From positions 1-40,284 of IMG/VR virus record IMGVR_UViG_3300027509_000008: a stretch of DNA of 40,284 nucleotides; one strand, given 5' to 3'. A program made the position numbers and the translations under genes. The stretch is from a virus. Positions 20,879-28,459 of the stretch are shown here, in pieces. Numbering within the stretch: position 1 is the stretch's first letter; the number at the start of each line of letters is the position of its first letter. Under the pieces are notes generated by a model, which was not told where the DNA came from, did not search any database, and worked only from the letters and a program-made list of their open reading frames with translations.

Positions 20879-21919
20879 ATGACAAATAGAATAACACCAG
20901 AAGAATATGTAAAACGATTAGCAACAGTAAATCCAGATGTTATTGTTTTAGAAAATTATGTAAACCAAAAAACCAAAAGATGGTTTAAATGCAAAAAATG
21001 CCATGAAAAATTTGAAGCTTGGCCCGGAAATTTGATTAGAACACATCACCCTGCTACAGCTTGTCCAGAATGTGCAGAAATACAAAGACGAATATCTAAA
21101 TCACAAACGCATGAACATTTTATAAAACTGTTATCAAAATATAATCCAAGAGTAGAAGCTATTGGAACATATGTTAAAAATTATCTAAAAGTAAAAGTAA
21201 AATGTAAAGATTGTGGTAATGAGTGGGAAGCAACACCATCAAATTTAACTAAATCTAAAAATGCTAGAGGCTGTGATATATGTAGTAGAAAAAGAGCCAA
21301 AAATCTAAAAACAATAACTCAAAAAGAATTTGAAAGGCTTAGTAAATTAAATAGTCCATATATAACGATATTAGGAAAATATGTAAGAGCTATTGACCCA
21401 GTAAAAGTACAGTGCGCTTTATGTGGGCATATTTGGAGTCCCCCAGCACGTAATGTAATGCATGGTAGAAATGGATGCCCTCCTTGTAATAACTTTGAAA
21501 CTGTTTCTGAAAATATGCTTTTTGCTTATATGAAAGAAGCGTTTAAGAGATTAAAAATAAATCAAGGTGCAGAACCTGAACACCTTTATAACGAAGATAC
21601 GAAATTCTATCAACACTATGATATATATTTTTTCAGGCATAAAATAGCTTTAGAGTATCAAGGTCACTATCATCATGGCGTAATAAAAGGAAAATCTAAT
21701 ATTATAAAATATATAGGTAGCAAAATAAGAGATTCCCGTAAAAGACACAAATCATTTAATAATGGTGTCATACAAATTGATATTCATCATAAAGATTTCT
21801 GTCATATACACAATAAAAAAAGACGTGAAGAATTCATAAAAAATCTTACAGCTTTCATTAAAGAGTTGATAAAGAATAGAGTTGATGGTCAAGGAGGACA
21901 CGTTCTCTATAAACCGTAA
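20879..21919 (+). CDS. Triple zinc-ribbon protein with a C-terminal PD-(D/E)XK (Vsr/DUF559-like) nuclease motif; homing-endonuclease-like
   Basis: It has three CxxC...(F/W)xxxPxN(L/V)...CxxC repeats (KCKKC..CPEC, KCKDC..CDIC, QCALC..CPPC), followed by HYDIYFFRHKIALEYQGHYHH (a D...ExQ motif). Confidence 0.6.
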   Translation: MTNRITPEEYVKRLATVNPDVIVLENYVNQKTKRWFKCKKCHEKFEAWPGNLIRTHHPATACPECAEIQRRISKSQTHEHFIKLLSKYNPRVEAIGTYVKNYLKVKVKCKDCGNEWEATPSNLTKSKNARGCDICSRKRAKNLKTITQKEFERLSKLNSPYITILGKYVRAIDPVKVQCALCGHIWSPPARNVMHGRNGCPPCNNFETVSENMLFAYMKEAFKRLKINQGAEPEHLYNEDTKFYQHYDIYFFRHKIALEYQGHYHHGVIKGKSNIIKYIGSKIRDSRKRHKSFNNGVIQIDIHHKDFCHIHNKKRREEFIKNLTAFIKELIKNRVDGQGGHVLYKP

Positions 21920-21971
21920 AATTAAATATGGCTCTGAGTGTAAATAGTAATACACCCAGAGATTATATTTC

Positions 21972-22247
21972 ATGCCGCAAAAAACACCAGAAATTTTATA
22001 TTATTTTAAGAGTAAAAACTGCGCTCCCTGCAAATCAAGTTCCAAAACCGTAGATGAATACGTTTCAAATTCATTAAGCCTAAAAACAGTTGTAATTGAT
22101 ATAGAAGATATTGATGCTTTTGAATATTCTGCAATGTTTAGAGTACGCTCGTTACCCTGCATAATCGTAGTGGACAAACAGAACGAAGTTATTAACCGTT
22201 TTGACTCTGTTTCAGAAATAAATATTAAGAATTTACTAGCTCTTTAA
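21972..22247 (+). CDS. Thioredoxin/glutaredoxin-fold protein (CAPC active site)
   Basis: ILYYFKSKNCAPCK...VVIDIED...RVRSLPCIIVVDKQNEVINRF shows a CxxC motif plus a cis-Pro-like LPC at thioredoxin-like spacing. Confidence 0.55.
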   Translation: MPQKTPEILYYFKSKNCAPCKSSSKTVDEYVSNSLSLKTVVIDIEDIDAFEYSAMFRVRSLPCIIVVDKQNEVINRFDSVSEINIKNLLAL

Positions 22248-22276
22248 CCAGAATTTATAAAACTTCCAGTTTTTTT

Positions 22277-22284
22277 TATAAATA
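22277..22284 (+). promoter_or_regulatory. T-run + TATAAATA + CA-repeat leader upstream of the packaging genes
   Basis: agtttttttTATAAATAactcatatcacacacaaatt. Confidence 0.4.
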
Positions 22285-22304
22285 ACTCATATCACACACA
22301 AATT

Positions 22305-22322
22305 AGAAGTCATGTGACTTTC
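22305..22322 (+). promoter_or_regulatory. 18-nt inverted repeat AGAAGTCA-TG-TGACTTCT in the leader of the terminase operon
   Basis: 8-bp perfect arms. It has the same architecture and the same ATGT centre as 28288-28305. Confidence 0.35.
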
Positions 22323-22354
22323 TAATATATTCAATGACATGGGTTTAAGAATAG

Positions 22355-22825
22355 ATGGCTACACCAAAGAAAGTTGGACCAAGAGTTTCCACCAGCACGA
22401 AAAAAGCACCTACTCCAAAATATCAGAATCAACCAAAGAACATTATCTATGAACCAAAACTAGATGCTGTATTGGCAGTTGAAAAAGAGATTGAAGGTCT
22501 TTTACCTCATGATCTTTTAAGAAGAACGGCACTTGGAAAACCAAACGTAATTACATATCCAACTGAACGCTATCATGAAAATGGTACTGACTACGATCTA
22601 ATTTATGTTAGCGAAATTATATATCCAACACAGTCAGAAATTCAAAAAAGCCAAATTGAGAGCGCTGGCTATTTCCAACCCAAACTTTCTGCCATTGCAA
22701 CCCAGAAGGTAGAGAAGAAAGTTATATCTGTTATGGAAGTTCCTCACATTGAAGCAGATGAATGGGAAGCAAAGGCTATTAAACAGGCAGAAGCTTTAGA
22801 AGAAAAGGCTCGCCAAATTGTCTAA
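22355..22825 (+). CDS. Small terminase subunit candidate (by position only)
   Basis: 156-aa ORF immediately upstream of TerL, overlapping it by 8 nt. Basic N-terminus. No motif recognised. Confidence 0.4.
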   Translation: MATPKKVGPRVSTSTKKAPTPKYQNQPKNIIYEPKLDAVLAVEKEIEGLLPHDLLRRTALGKPNVITYPTERYHENGTDYDLIYVSEIIYPTQSEIQKSQIESAGYFQPKLSAIATQKVEKKVISVMEVPHIEADEWEAKAIKQAEALEEKARQIV

Positions 22826-24776
22826 TACTATCCCAGCAACCACACAACAAGTTTCCGACCCAGAATTTAAAGTAGTTTTTAAACCATTAGCCGGTGCTCA
22901 AGAATTGATGCTCACTTGCCCAGCACAAAGACAATTATTTGTAGGAACAAGAGGTAGCGGAAAAACCGAAGTCACCCTAGCGCATTTCAGAAAATATGTT
23001 GGACTAGGATACGGAGCTAGTTTGACTGGAGTATATATTGCCCTGAGCTACAAGGCACTAGACGATATTATTAAAAAAAGTAGAAAGCTTTTTGGAAGCT
23101 TTGGAGATAACGCTCGTTTCTTATCTGCAAAAGGCTCATATCAGTGGGTATTCGCAGACGGAGCAACTTTAGCCTTACGTGTTGTTACAAACCAAACTCA
23201 ATATGATGAAAATATTCACGGAATTGAATACTCGCATATTTACTTCAACGAGCTTAGCACTTGGCCTAACTTAGAAATCTATGATATGTGCCACTCATCT
23301 AATCGCCATAGCTTTGTTCCAGAACGTGATTCTCCAATAGATGAAAATGGAGTCATGCAAATTCTTCCACCACTACCAACTGTTTCTATAGCAACAACAA
23401 ATCCCTCGGGCGCGTGTGCAAAAGAGATTAAAGCTCGTTTCGTTGATGTTGCCCCATACGGCTCCATTGTTAAAAGAGAAATGGAAGTATTCAATCCTAA
23501 AACAAACAAGATAGAAACAATGAGCAAAACTCAGTGTGCCATGTTTTCTTCTTGGATAGAAAATCCGTACTTGCCTCCAGAATATGGAATGGAGTTATAC
23601 GATATAAGTGACCCTGCTAAAAGGCTTGCTTGGTTGACTGGCCAATTCTCAGAAAATGATGATTCTCTAATTTTTGGTGACTGCTGGGATTCAAAATTCA
23701 ATGTGGTTAAAGATTTTATTCCACCACAAAACTTTCGTATATTCAGAATGTTTGATTGGGGTAGTAGTAAACCGTTTAGTGTTCAATGGGTAGCTATATC
23801 GGACGGTTCAGACGTAACTATAAATGGAAAGACTAGAAGAACAGTTAAGAATGATTGTTTCATCTTCAGTGAAATTTACGGCTGGAATGGTAAACCCGAT
23901 CAAGGTCTTAGAATGTTAGCTACTCAAATAGCGCAACTTATTATACAGCGAGAACTTGATTTAGGAATTTATAACAAAGTAAAAGCTGGCTATGCTGATA
24001 GTTCGATTTTTAATTCTGAAAACGGTTCTTGCATTGCAGACGATATGGCAGAACCAGTTTTTATTAAAGGAAAAAAATATAGTGGTGTCAAATTTATACC
24101 AGCCGACAAGTCACCTAACACGAGGCCACTGGGCTTTGAGAGATTGAGAACGGCGTTTGCAAATGCTAGAGAGTTTGAAGGTGTTATAAGAGAGAAACCA
24201 GCAATATTTGTTTGTGAAGGATGCTCTGAAGGTGTACTAAGAACAGTTCCTTCACTACCACGCGATCCTAAAAAAGATTTAGATAGTTTGAAATCGAGTG
24301 AGGACCACTGTTTTTCTGGAGACACTAAAGTTCTTCTAACTGATGGAACAACTCCAACTATTGAATCTTTGATTGGCACTAATGGATTAATACAAACTTC
24401 AAAAGGTTCACAACAATATAGAAATGCAAGACTAATTAAAAACAATCAAAGAACAATCGTTTTAAAGTTCTCTGATAATTCTAAAGTTGAATGCACTCCT
24501 GATCATATGTTTCATCTTAAAAATGGTAAAACAATCAGAGCAGACAAACTAAAACAATCAGATGATCTACTAACCAGTAACAATAAAAATATTAACTTCA
24601 TTGATATTGTAGAAGTTAGAAACAACGATGTTTATTGTTTAACAGTGCCAGCAACAGGCAACTTCGCATTAGCAAATGGATTAATAGTTTCAAATTGTGC
24701 AGATGTACTTCGATATCTAGCAAACGGTATGAAATCATCTTTTACAACCACTGGCCGACAATCAGGATATTTCTAA
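22818..24776 (+). CDS. terL: Large terminase subunit, interrupted by a mini-intein
   Basis: Walker A VGTRGSGKT, Walker B-like HIYFNELS, and nuclease-domain acidic motifs (FDWGSS, YADSSIF, EDH-[intein]-CADVLRY). The start is probably the TTG at 22818, because Walker A lies upstream of the first ATG. Confidence 0.9.
   Translation: MSNTIPATTQQVSDPEFKVVFKPLAGAQELMLTCPAQRQLFVGTRGSGKTEVTLAHFRKYVGLGYGASLTGVYIALSYKALDDIIKKSRKLFGSFGDNARFLSAKGSYQWVFADGATLALRVVTNQTQYDENIHGIEYSHIYFNELSTWPNLEIYDMCHSSNRHSFVPERDSPIDENGVMQILPPLPTVSIATTNPSGACAKEIKARFVDVAPYGSIVKREMEVFNPKTNKIETMSKTQCAMFSSWIENPYLPPEYGMELYDISDPAKRLAWLTGQFSENDDSLIFGDCWDSKFNVVKDFIPPQNFRIFRMFDWGSSKPFSVQWVAISDGSDVTINGKTRRTVKNDCFIFSEIYGWNGKPDQGLRMLATQIAQLIIQRELDLGIYNKVKAGYADSSIFNSENGSCIADDMAEPVFIKGKKYSGVKFIPADKSPNTRPLGFERLRTAFANAREFEGVIREKPAIFVCEGCSEGVLRTVPSLPRDPKKDLDSLKSSEDHCFSGDTKVLLTDGTTPTIESLIGTNGLIQTSKGSQQYRNARLIKNNQRTIVLKFSDNSKVECTPDHMFHLKNGKTIRADKLKQSDDLLTSNNKNINFIDIVEVRNNDVYCLTVPATGNFALANGLIVSNCADVLRYLANGMKSSFTTTGRQSGYF
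24309..24695 (+). mobile_element. Mini-intein (129 aa) within TerL
   Basis: Cys1 (CFSGDTKVLLTDG), block B TPDH, block F/G VYCLTVPATGNFALANGLIVSN, terminal Asn followed by a +1 Cys. There is no room for a homing endonuclease domain. Confidence 0.85.
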
Positions 24777-24794
24777 GTATCTAGAGCCAATTTT

Positions 24795-24802
24795 TATAAA
24801 TA
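24795..24802 (+). promoter_or_regulatory. TATAAATA motif plus a CA-rich leader upstream of the portal gene
   Basis: caatttttTATAAATAaaggagcacaccaacaaacag. Confidence 0.35.
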
Positions 24803-24836
24803 AAGGAGCACACCAACAAACAGAAGAACCAATCAT

Positions 24837-26237
24837 ATGTCTTTAAAAAATCTGCATCCACAATTCGAAGATATCTCAGATGAGTACGAAAAAATTAATG
24901 ATGTTCTTGGTGGAAGCCGTGTTGTTAAAAATAAAGGCGTTCACTATCTTCCCGCTACGTCTGGTCAAGTTGTTGATGGCTACGGTAAAGCTGGAACTCT
25001 TGGACAACAGAACTACGAATCCTACATTACGAGAGCTATCTTTCCATCCACTTATGAAACAGCTCTTAGACGTATCTTAGGAATTCTGCATAGAAATCCT
25101 GCAAACATCAAACTTCCAGACAGTATGAAAGCTTTATACACAGATGCAGATGGCGCTGGTACTTCAATATATGATCTTCTCAAAAAAATCAACGAATATC
25201 AACTTGGGATTGGCCGCTGTGGAGTGCTTGGTGATATTAAGGTTCTTAGTAACAATAAAATTCTTCCTGTATTAAAAATCTATTCTGGAACAGCAATTCC
25301 TAATTGGTCTGAAGACTGTCATAGCGCTGCTGAATTTGTATTACTTAATGAAACAGGGCAAAAGATGAATCCAGAATCTTTTAAGTATGAAGAAATCAAA
25401 CAATATAGAGTAATTAGAGTAATTAAAAATGCAGAAGGTGAATCAACTTACGTCACTGCTACAACCAATAATGAATCAGATGAAATTAGCGAATTAACAT
25501 ACATTTCTCCTAATGCACAAGGCGCGACACTAGAAGAACTACCTTTCAGCTTTATTAATGCTGGTGATACTAAATGCTGCATTAGTATGCCGCCTATGAG
25601 CGGTCTGGCCGATATGTGCATTTCTATCTATCGTAGTAGTGCAGATTTAGAGCAAGCACTTTTCAATACTTCTTCAGATACTCTTGTTATCACTCGTACT
25701 CAAAGTATTGCAGATGATGAAGACGAAACAATCCGCACAGGAGCTGGCAGTGTAATTAAACTTGGAAAAGACGACAATGCAAAGTTCATAGGGGTGAACT
25801 CTAAAAGTATTCCATCTCAAAGACAGAACATTGAATATAAACATGAAATGGCTTCACAGTTAGCTTCACAGCTTGCCATAGAAAGTAAGTCAAGTAGAAC
25901 AAGTCAGGAAGCTTTGGCCACTCGTTTGGAATCCGCTACGGCAGCATATTCAGCACTAGCTCTAGCTGGAGCAGCAGGTCTTGAAAATAGTCTAAGAAAA
26001 CTAGCTCCATTGTTTGGCGTTCAAAATCCAACTGAAGAAATCGTTGTAACTCCAAATCTTGAGTTTGCTGCGGCTGTTCTTGATAGTGATACTTTTGTTG
26101 ATCTTCAATCAGCTAAGAATAACGGTTTACCACTGTCTAACAAGTCACTTCATAAGAACCTTGTTAAAAGAGGTGTAACTGAAATGACATATGAAGAAGA
26201 ACAAGCAGCTATAGCAGCAGAAGAAACGTTGCTTTAA
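24837..26237 (+). CDS. Portal protein
   Basis: 466-aa ORF directly after TerL and before the Mu-F-like head morphogenesis gene. Called from position and size. Confidence 0.75.
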   Translation: MSLKNLHPQFEDISDEYEKINDVLGGSRVVKNKGVHYLPATSGQVVDGYGKAGTLGQQNYESYITRAIFPSTYETALRRILGILHRNPANIKLPDSMKALYTDADGAGTSIYDLLKKINEYQLGIGRCGVLGDIKVLSNNKILPVLKIYSGTAIPNWSEDCHSAAEFVLLNETGQKMNPESFKYEEIKQYRVIRVIKNAEGESTYVTATTNNESDEISELTYISPNAQGATLEELPFSFINAGDTKCCISMPPMSGLADMCISIYRSSADLEQALFNTSSDTLVITRTQSIADDEDETIRTGAGSVIKLGKDDNAKFIGVNSKSIPSQRQNIEYKHEMASQLASQLAIESKSSRTSQEALATRLESATAAYSALALAGAAGLENSLRKLAPLFGVQNPTEEIVVTPNLEFAAAVLDSDTFVDLQSAKNNGLPLSNKSLHKNLVKRGVTEMTYEEEQAAIAAEETLL

Positions 26238-26240
26238 TGA

Positions 26241-27392
26241 ATGCCTACTTCAAACGATTTAATATTTGAATCCTTTATTCGTCGCCAAATATATCTGACG
26301 AAATACGCGAATGGATTAGTTAAAGACTCTGTAAAACTTTTATCTAACTCTGAAGATGAATTATCAAAGAACCTTCTTTTCTACGCTGATAAATTATCTA
26401 ATACCAAACCAGCAACAGCAGCATATAAACGGACTAAAGACCAGCTTGTAAAAGAGCTTACAAAAATCCGTAAACCAGTGTATTCAACTCTACGAAATAC
26501 AATTCTAGATGAAATGATAGAGCTTGCAGTTATGGAAGCTGATTTTGCTGCAAAGACTATTAATGCATCTGTTCCAACAGATAAGCCTAATGATTTTGTT
26601 AAACCTACTAGAACAGAATTAAAAGCATCTTTAAGTGCAGTGCTTCTCCCTGAAGGGAAGAACTTACCAGAAATGTTAGATGCAATTGAAACAGCAGATA
26701 TTTCTCGTATGACTGGACAACTAACAAATGCATTGAACACAGGCTCCACACCAGCGCAAGCTACAAAGATTGTAAAAGATGGAGCTATAAAAAGAAGTAA
26801 AGAAGTAGCTGCAACCATTGTTAGAACTGCAACAAATTCTACAAGCGCACAAGCTAAAAACGATTTATACGATAAGAATAAAAAGTTCGTCGAGAAAGAA
26901 ATCTATCGTGCAACATTAGACTCAAAAACCACACCCCGATGTTCATCACTAGATGGCAAGATTTACAATATTGGTGATGGTATTTTCCCTCCACAACATT
27001 GGAATTGTCGTAGTGTTCGAGTGCCTTACATAGACAGAGACAACTCTTTTTGGAACCGCGCATTTGACCCTTCAACAGAAAAAACATTGCTTAAAGATTA
27101 CGCAAAACAGAACAAACTTACAGGTATTAGAACTAGAGCTGATCTTCCACATGGCACTAAACAATCATTTGATAAATTTGCCAGAAAAAGAAGACGTGAA
27201 TTAATTGGACGCGCTCCAGACAAAGTTAATTATTCTGAATTTCTAAGAAAGCAGAGTAATGACTTTCAAGAGGAAATATTAGGAATTGAGAGAGCAAAAA
27301 TCTTTAGGGAATCAGGTAAAGATATTGGAGCGTTTGTTAATCCTAAAGGTGATTTCTATACATTGGCAGAATTAAAGAACAAAAAGCTATAA
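26241..27392 (+). CDS. Head morphogenesis protein (Mu gpF / SPP1 gp7 family)
   Basis: LDSKTTPRCSSLDGKIYNIGDGIFPPQHWNCRSVRVPY matches the conserved D..T...C..LdG......PP.H.nCRc motif of this family. Confidence 0.8.
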   Translation: MPTSNDLIFESFIRRQIYLTKYANGLVKDSVKLLSNSEDELSKNLLFYADKLSNTKPATAAYKRTKDQLVKELTKIRKPVYSTLRNTILDEMIELAVMEADFAAKTINASVPTDKPNDFVKPTRTELKASLSAVLLPEGKNLPEMLDAIETADISRMTGQLTNALNTGSTPAQATKIVKDGAIKRSKEVAATIVRTATNSTSAQAKNDLYDKNKKFVEKEIYRATLDSKTTPRCSSLDGKIYNIGDGIFPPQHWNCRSVRVPYIDRDNSFWNRAFDPSTEKTLLKDYAKQNKLTGIRTRADLPHGTKQSFDKFARKRRRELIGRAPDKVNYSEFLRKQSNDFQEEILGIERAKIFRESGKDIGAFVNPKGDFYTLAELKNKKL

Positions 27393-27433
27393 ACGCATAA
27401 ATATATAACACACACTTTTTAAAGGACACACAC

Positions 27434-28231
27434 ATGCTTGAAGAAAAATACGAAGATCAGGAATCAATCCCTACAGGGTTTGAACACCTGTATGTACAAG
27501 GTGAAGAAGGTGAAGGTTTTTCACTACGAGCACCCGATCAAATTAAAACGGTAGACGATACGCAAGCTCTACAAAATGCATTAGCAAAAGAGCGCAATGA
27601 TCATAAAGCAGTCAAGACACAGCTTAATAGTTTTGATGGACTAGACCCTACTGAAGTAAGAACTCAATTAGATGAAATTGAAGTACTTCGCGCTGAAGCT
27701 AAACAAAATCAGAATGGCGATGTTGATGAGCTTGTAACAGCTCGTTTAAATGCAAAGACTGCACCTCTCCAGCGAACCATAGACCAACTAACAAAAGACC
27801 TTGATGAAAAATCAGAAGTGATTAATGGGTTCAAGACAACTGCAACCAAATCAAAAATTAATAATGAAGTTACAACTGCTCTGACAGAATCAAAAGTTCG
27901 TAGTGAAGCACTAGCCGAATTACAAACAAGTGCAGAGTATATCTTTGAATTGAATGAAGATAATTTAGTAGTCACAAAAGATGGTCTTGCAAATGTTCCA
28001 GTAGGTCTTACTCCTGATCAATGGGTAAATCAAAAAAGAGAAACTTCTCCGTTCTACTGGCCAGAGAGTCAAGGTGCTGATGCAACTGGTTCAACTACAA
28101 CCTATCCTAGCAACGCTAACCCGTTTGATGAAAAGGGAGGCACTTTCAATATGACTGAAGCCAGTAAATTAATCAAAACTAACCCAACTAAAGCTAAACG
28201 TCTAGCTGATGCTGTTGGATACAAAATATAA
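27434..28231 (+). CDS. Scaffolding protein
   Basis: 265 aa, acidic and helical, lying between the head morphogenesis and major capsid genes. Confidence 0.6.
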   Translation: MLEEKYEDQESIPTGFEHLYVQGEEGEGFSLRAPDQIKTVDDTQALQNALAKERNDHKAVKTQLNSFDGLDPTEVRTQLDEIEVLRAEAKQNQNGDVDELVTARLNAKTAPLQRTIDQLTKDLDEKSEVINGFKTTATKSKINNEVTTALTESKVRSEALAELQTSAEYIFELNEDNLVVTKDGLANVPVGLTPDQWVNQKRETSPFYWPESQGADATGSTTTYPSNANPFDEKGGTFNMTEASKLIKTNPTKAKRLADAVGYKI

Positions 28232-28287
28232 ATTATAAATATTTTAAGTAAATAGATATAAATAAAGATTAGACAGAACTTTTTTAA

Positions 28288-28305
28288 TCAATGAATGTTC
28301 ATTGA
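28288..28305 (+). promoter_or_regulatory. 18-nt inverted repeat TCAATGAA-TG-TTCATTGA upstream of the capsid gene
   Basis: 8-bp perfect arms. It is a twin of 22305-22322. Confidence 0.35.
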
Positions 28306-28357
28306 ACCAAAGATTTTGTAAACACAACAAGAGTAGTAACAGAATTCAAACAGGGAT

Positions 28358-28393
28358 GGCCCCGCTCGAATTTTGTCGATATAAATCGGGGCC
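28358..28393 (+). promoter_or_regulatory. GC-rich inverted repeat GGCCCCG...CGGGGCC bracketing a TATAAAT motif, 67 nt upstream of the major capsid ATG
   Basis: 7-bp G/C arms separated by 22 nt (ctcgaattttgtcgatataaat). It is the most GC-rich stem I saw in the intergenic DNA I read. Confidence 0.4.
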
Positions 28394-28459
28394 GAATTTC
28401 GTCTGAATATTAGGTTCGATTAAAAATAATTTAATTAACCATAAACAGAGGAATTCTCA

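Noticed and set aside
22248-22276. AT-only hairpin aaaact-tcc-agtttt followed by T7, considered as a terminator after the thioredoxin-like gene
   Set aside because: A 6-bp A/T stem with a 3-nt loop is too weak to call. The T-run more likely belongs to the T-rich region upstream of the TATAAATA box.
23279-24445. Antisense ORFs within TerL (23279..23527 and 23990..24445)
   Set aside because: These are shadow ORFs opposite a gene with clear terminase and intein motifs.
24880-25080. + strand 66-aa ORF overlapping the start of the portal gene out of frame, and antisense ORFs 26381..26818, 26854..27087, 27709..27975, 28516..28743 and 29126..29314
   Set aside because: They are embedded in structural genes with coherent synteny and have no independent signals.
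28405-28420. tRNA-like T-arm strings (aggttcgatt at about 28409, gggtcgaaatt at about 18490)
   Set aside because: I could not build an acceptor stem, anticodon arm or complementary T-stem around either string. I found no tRNA gene anywhere in the window.
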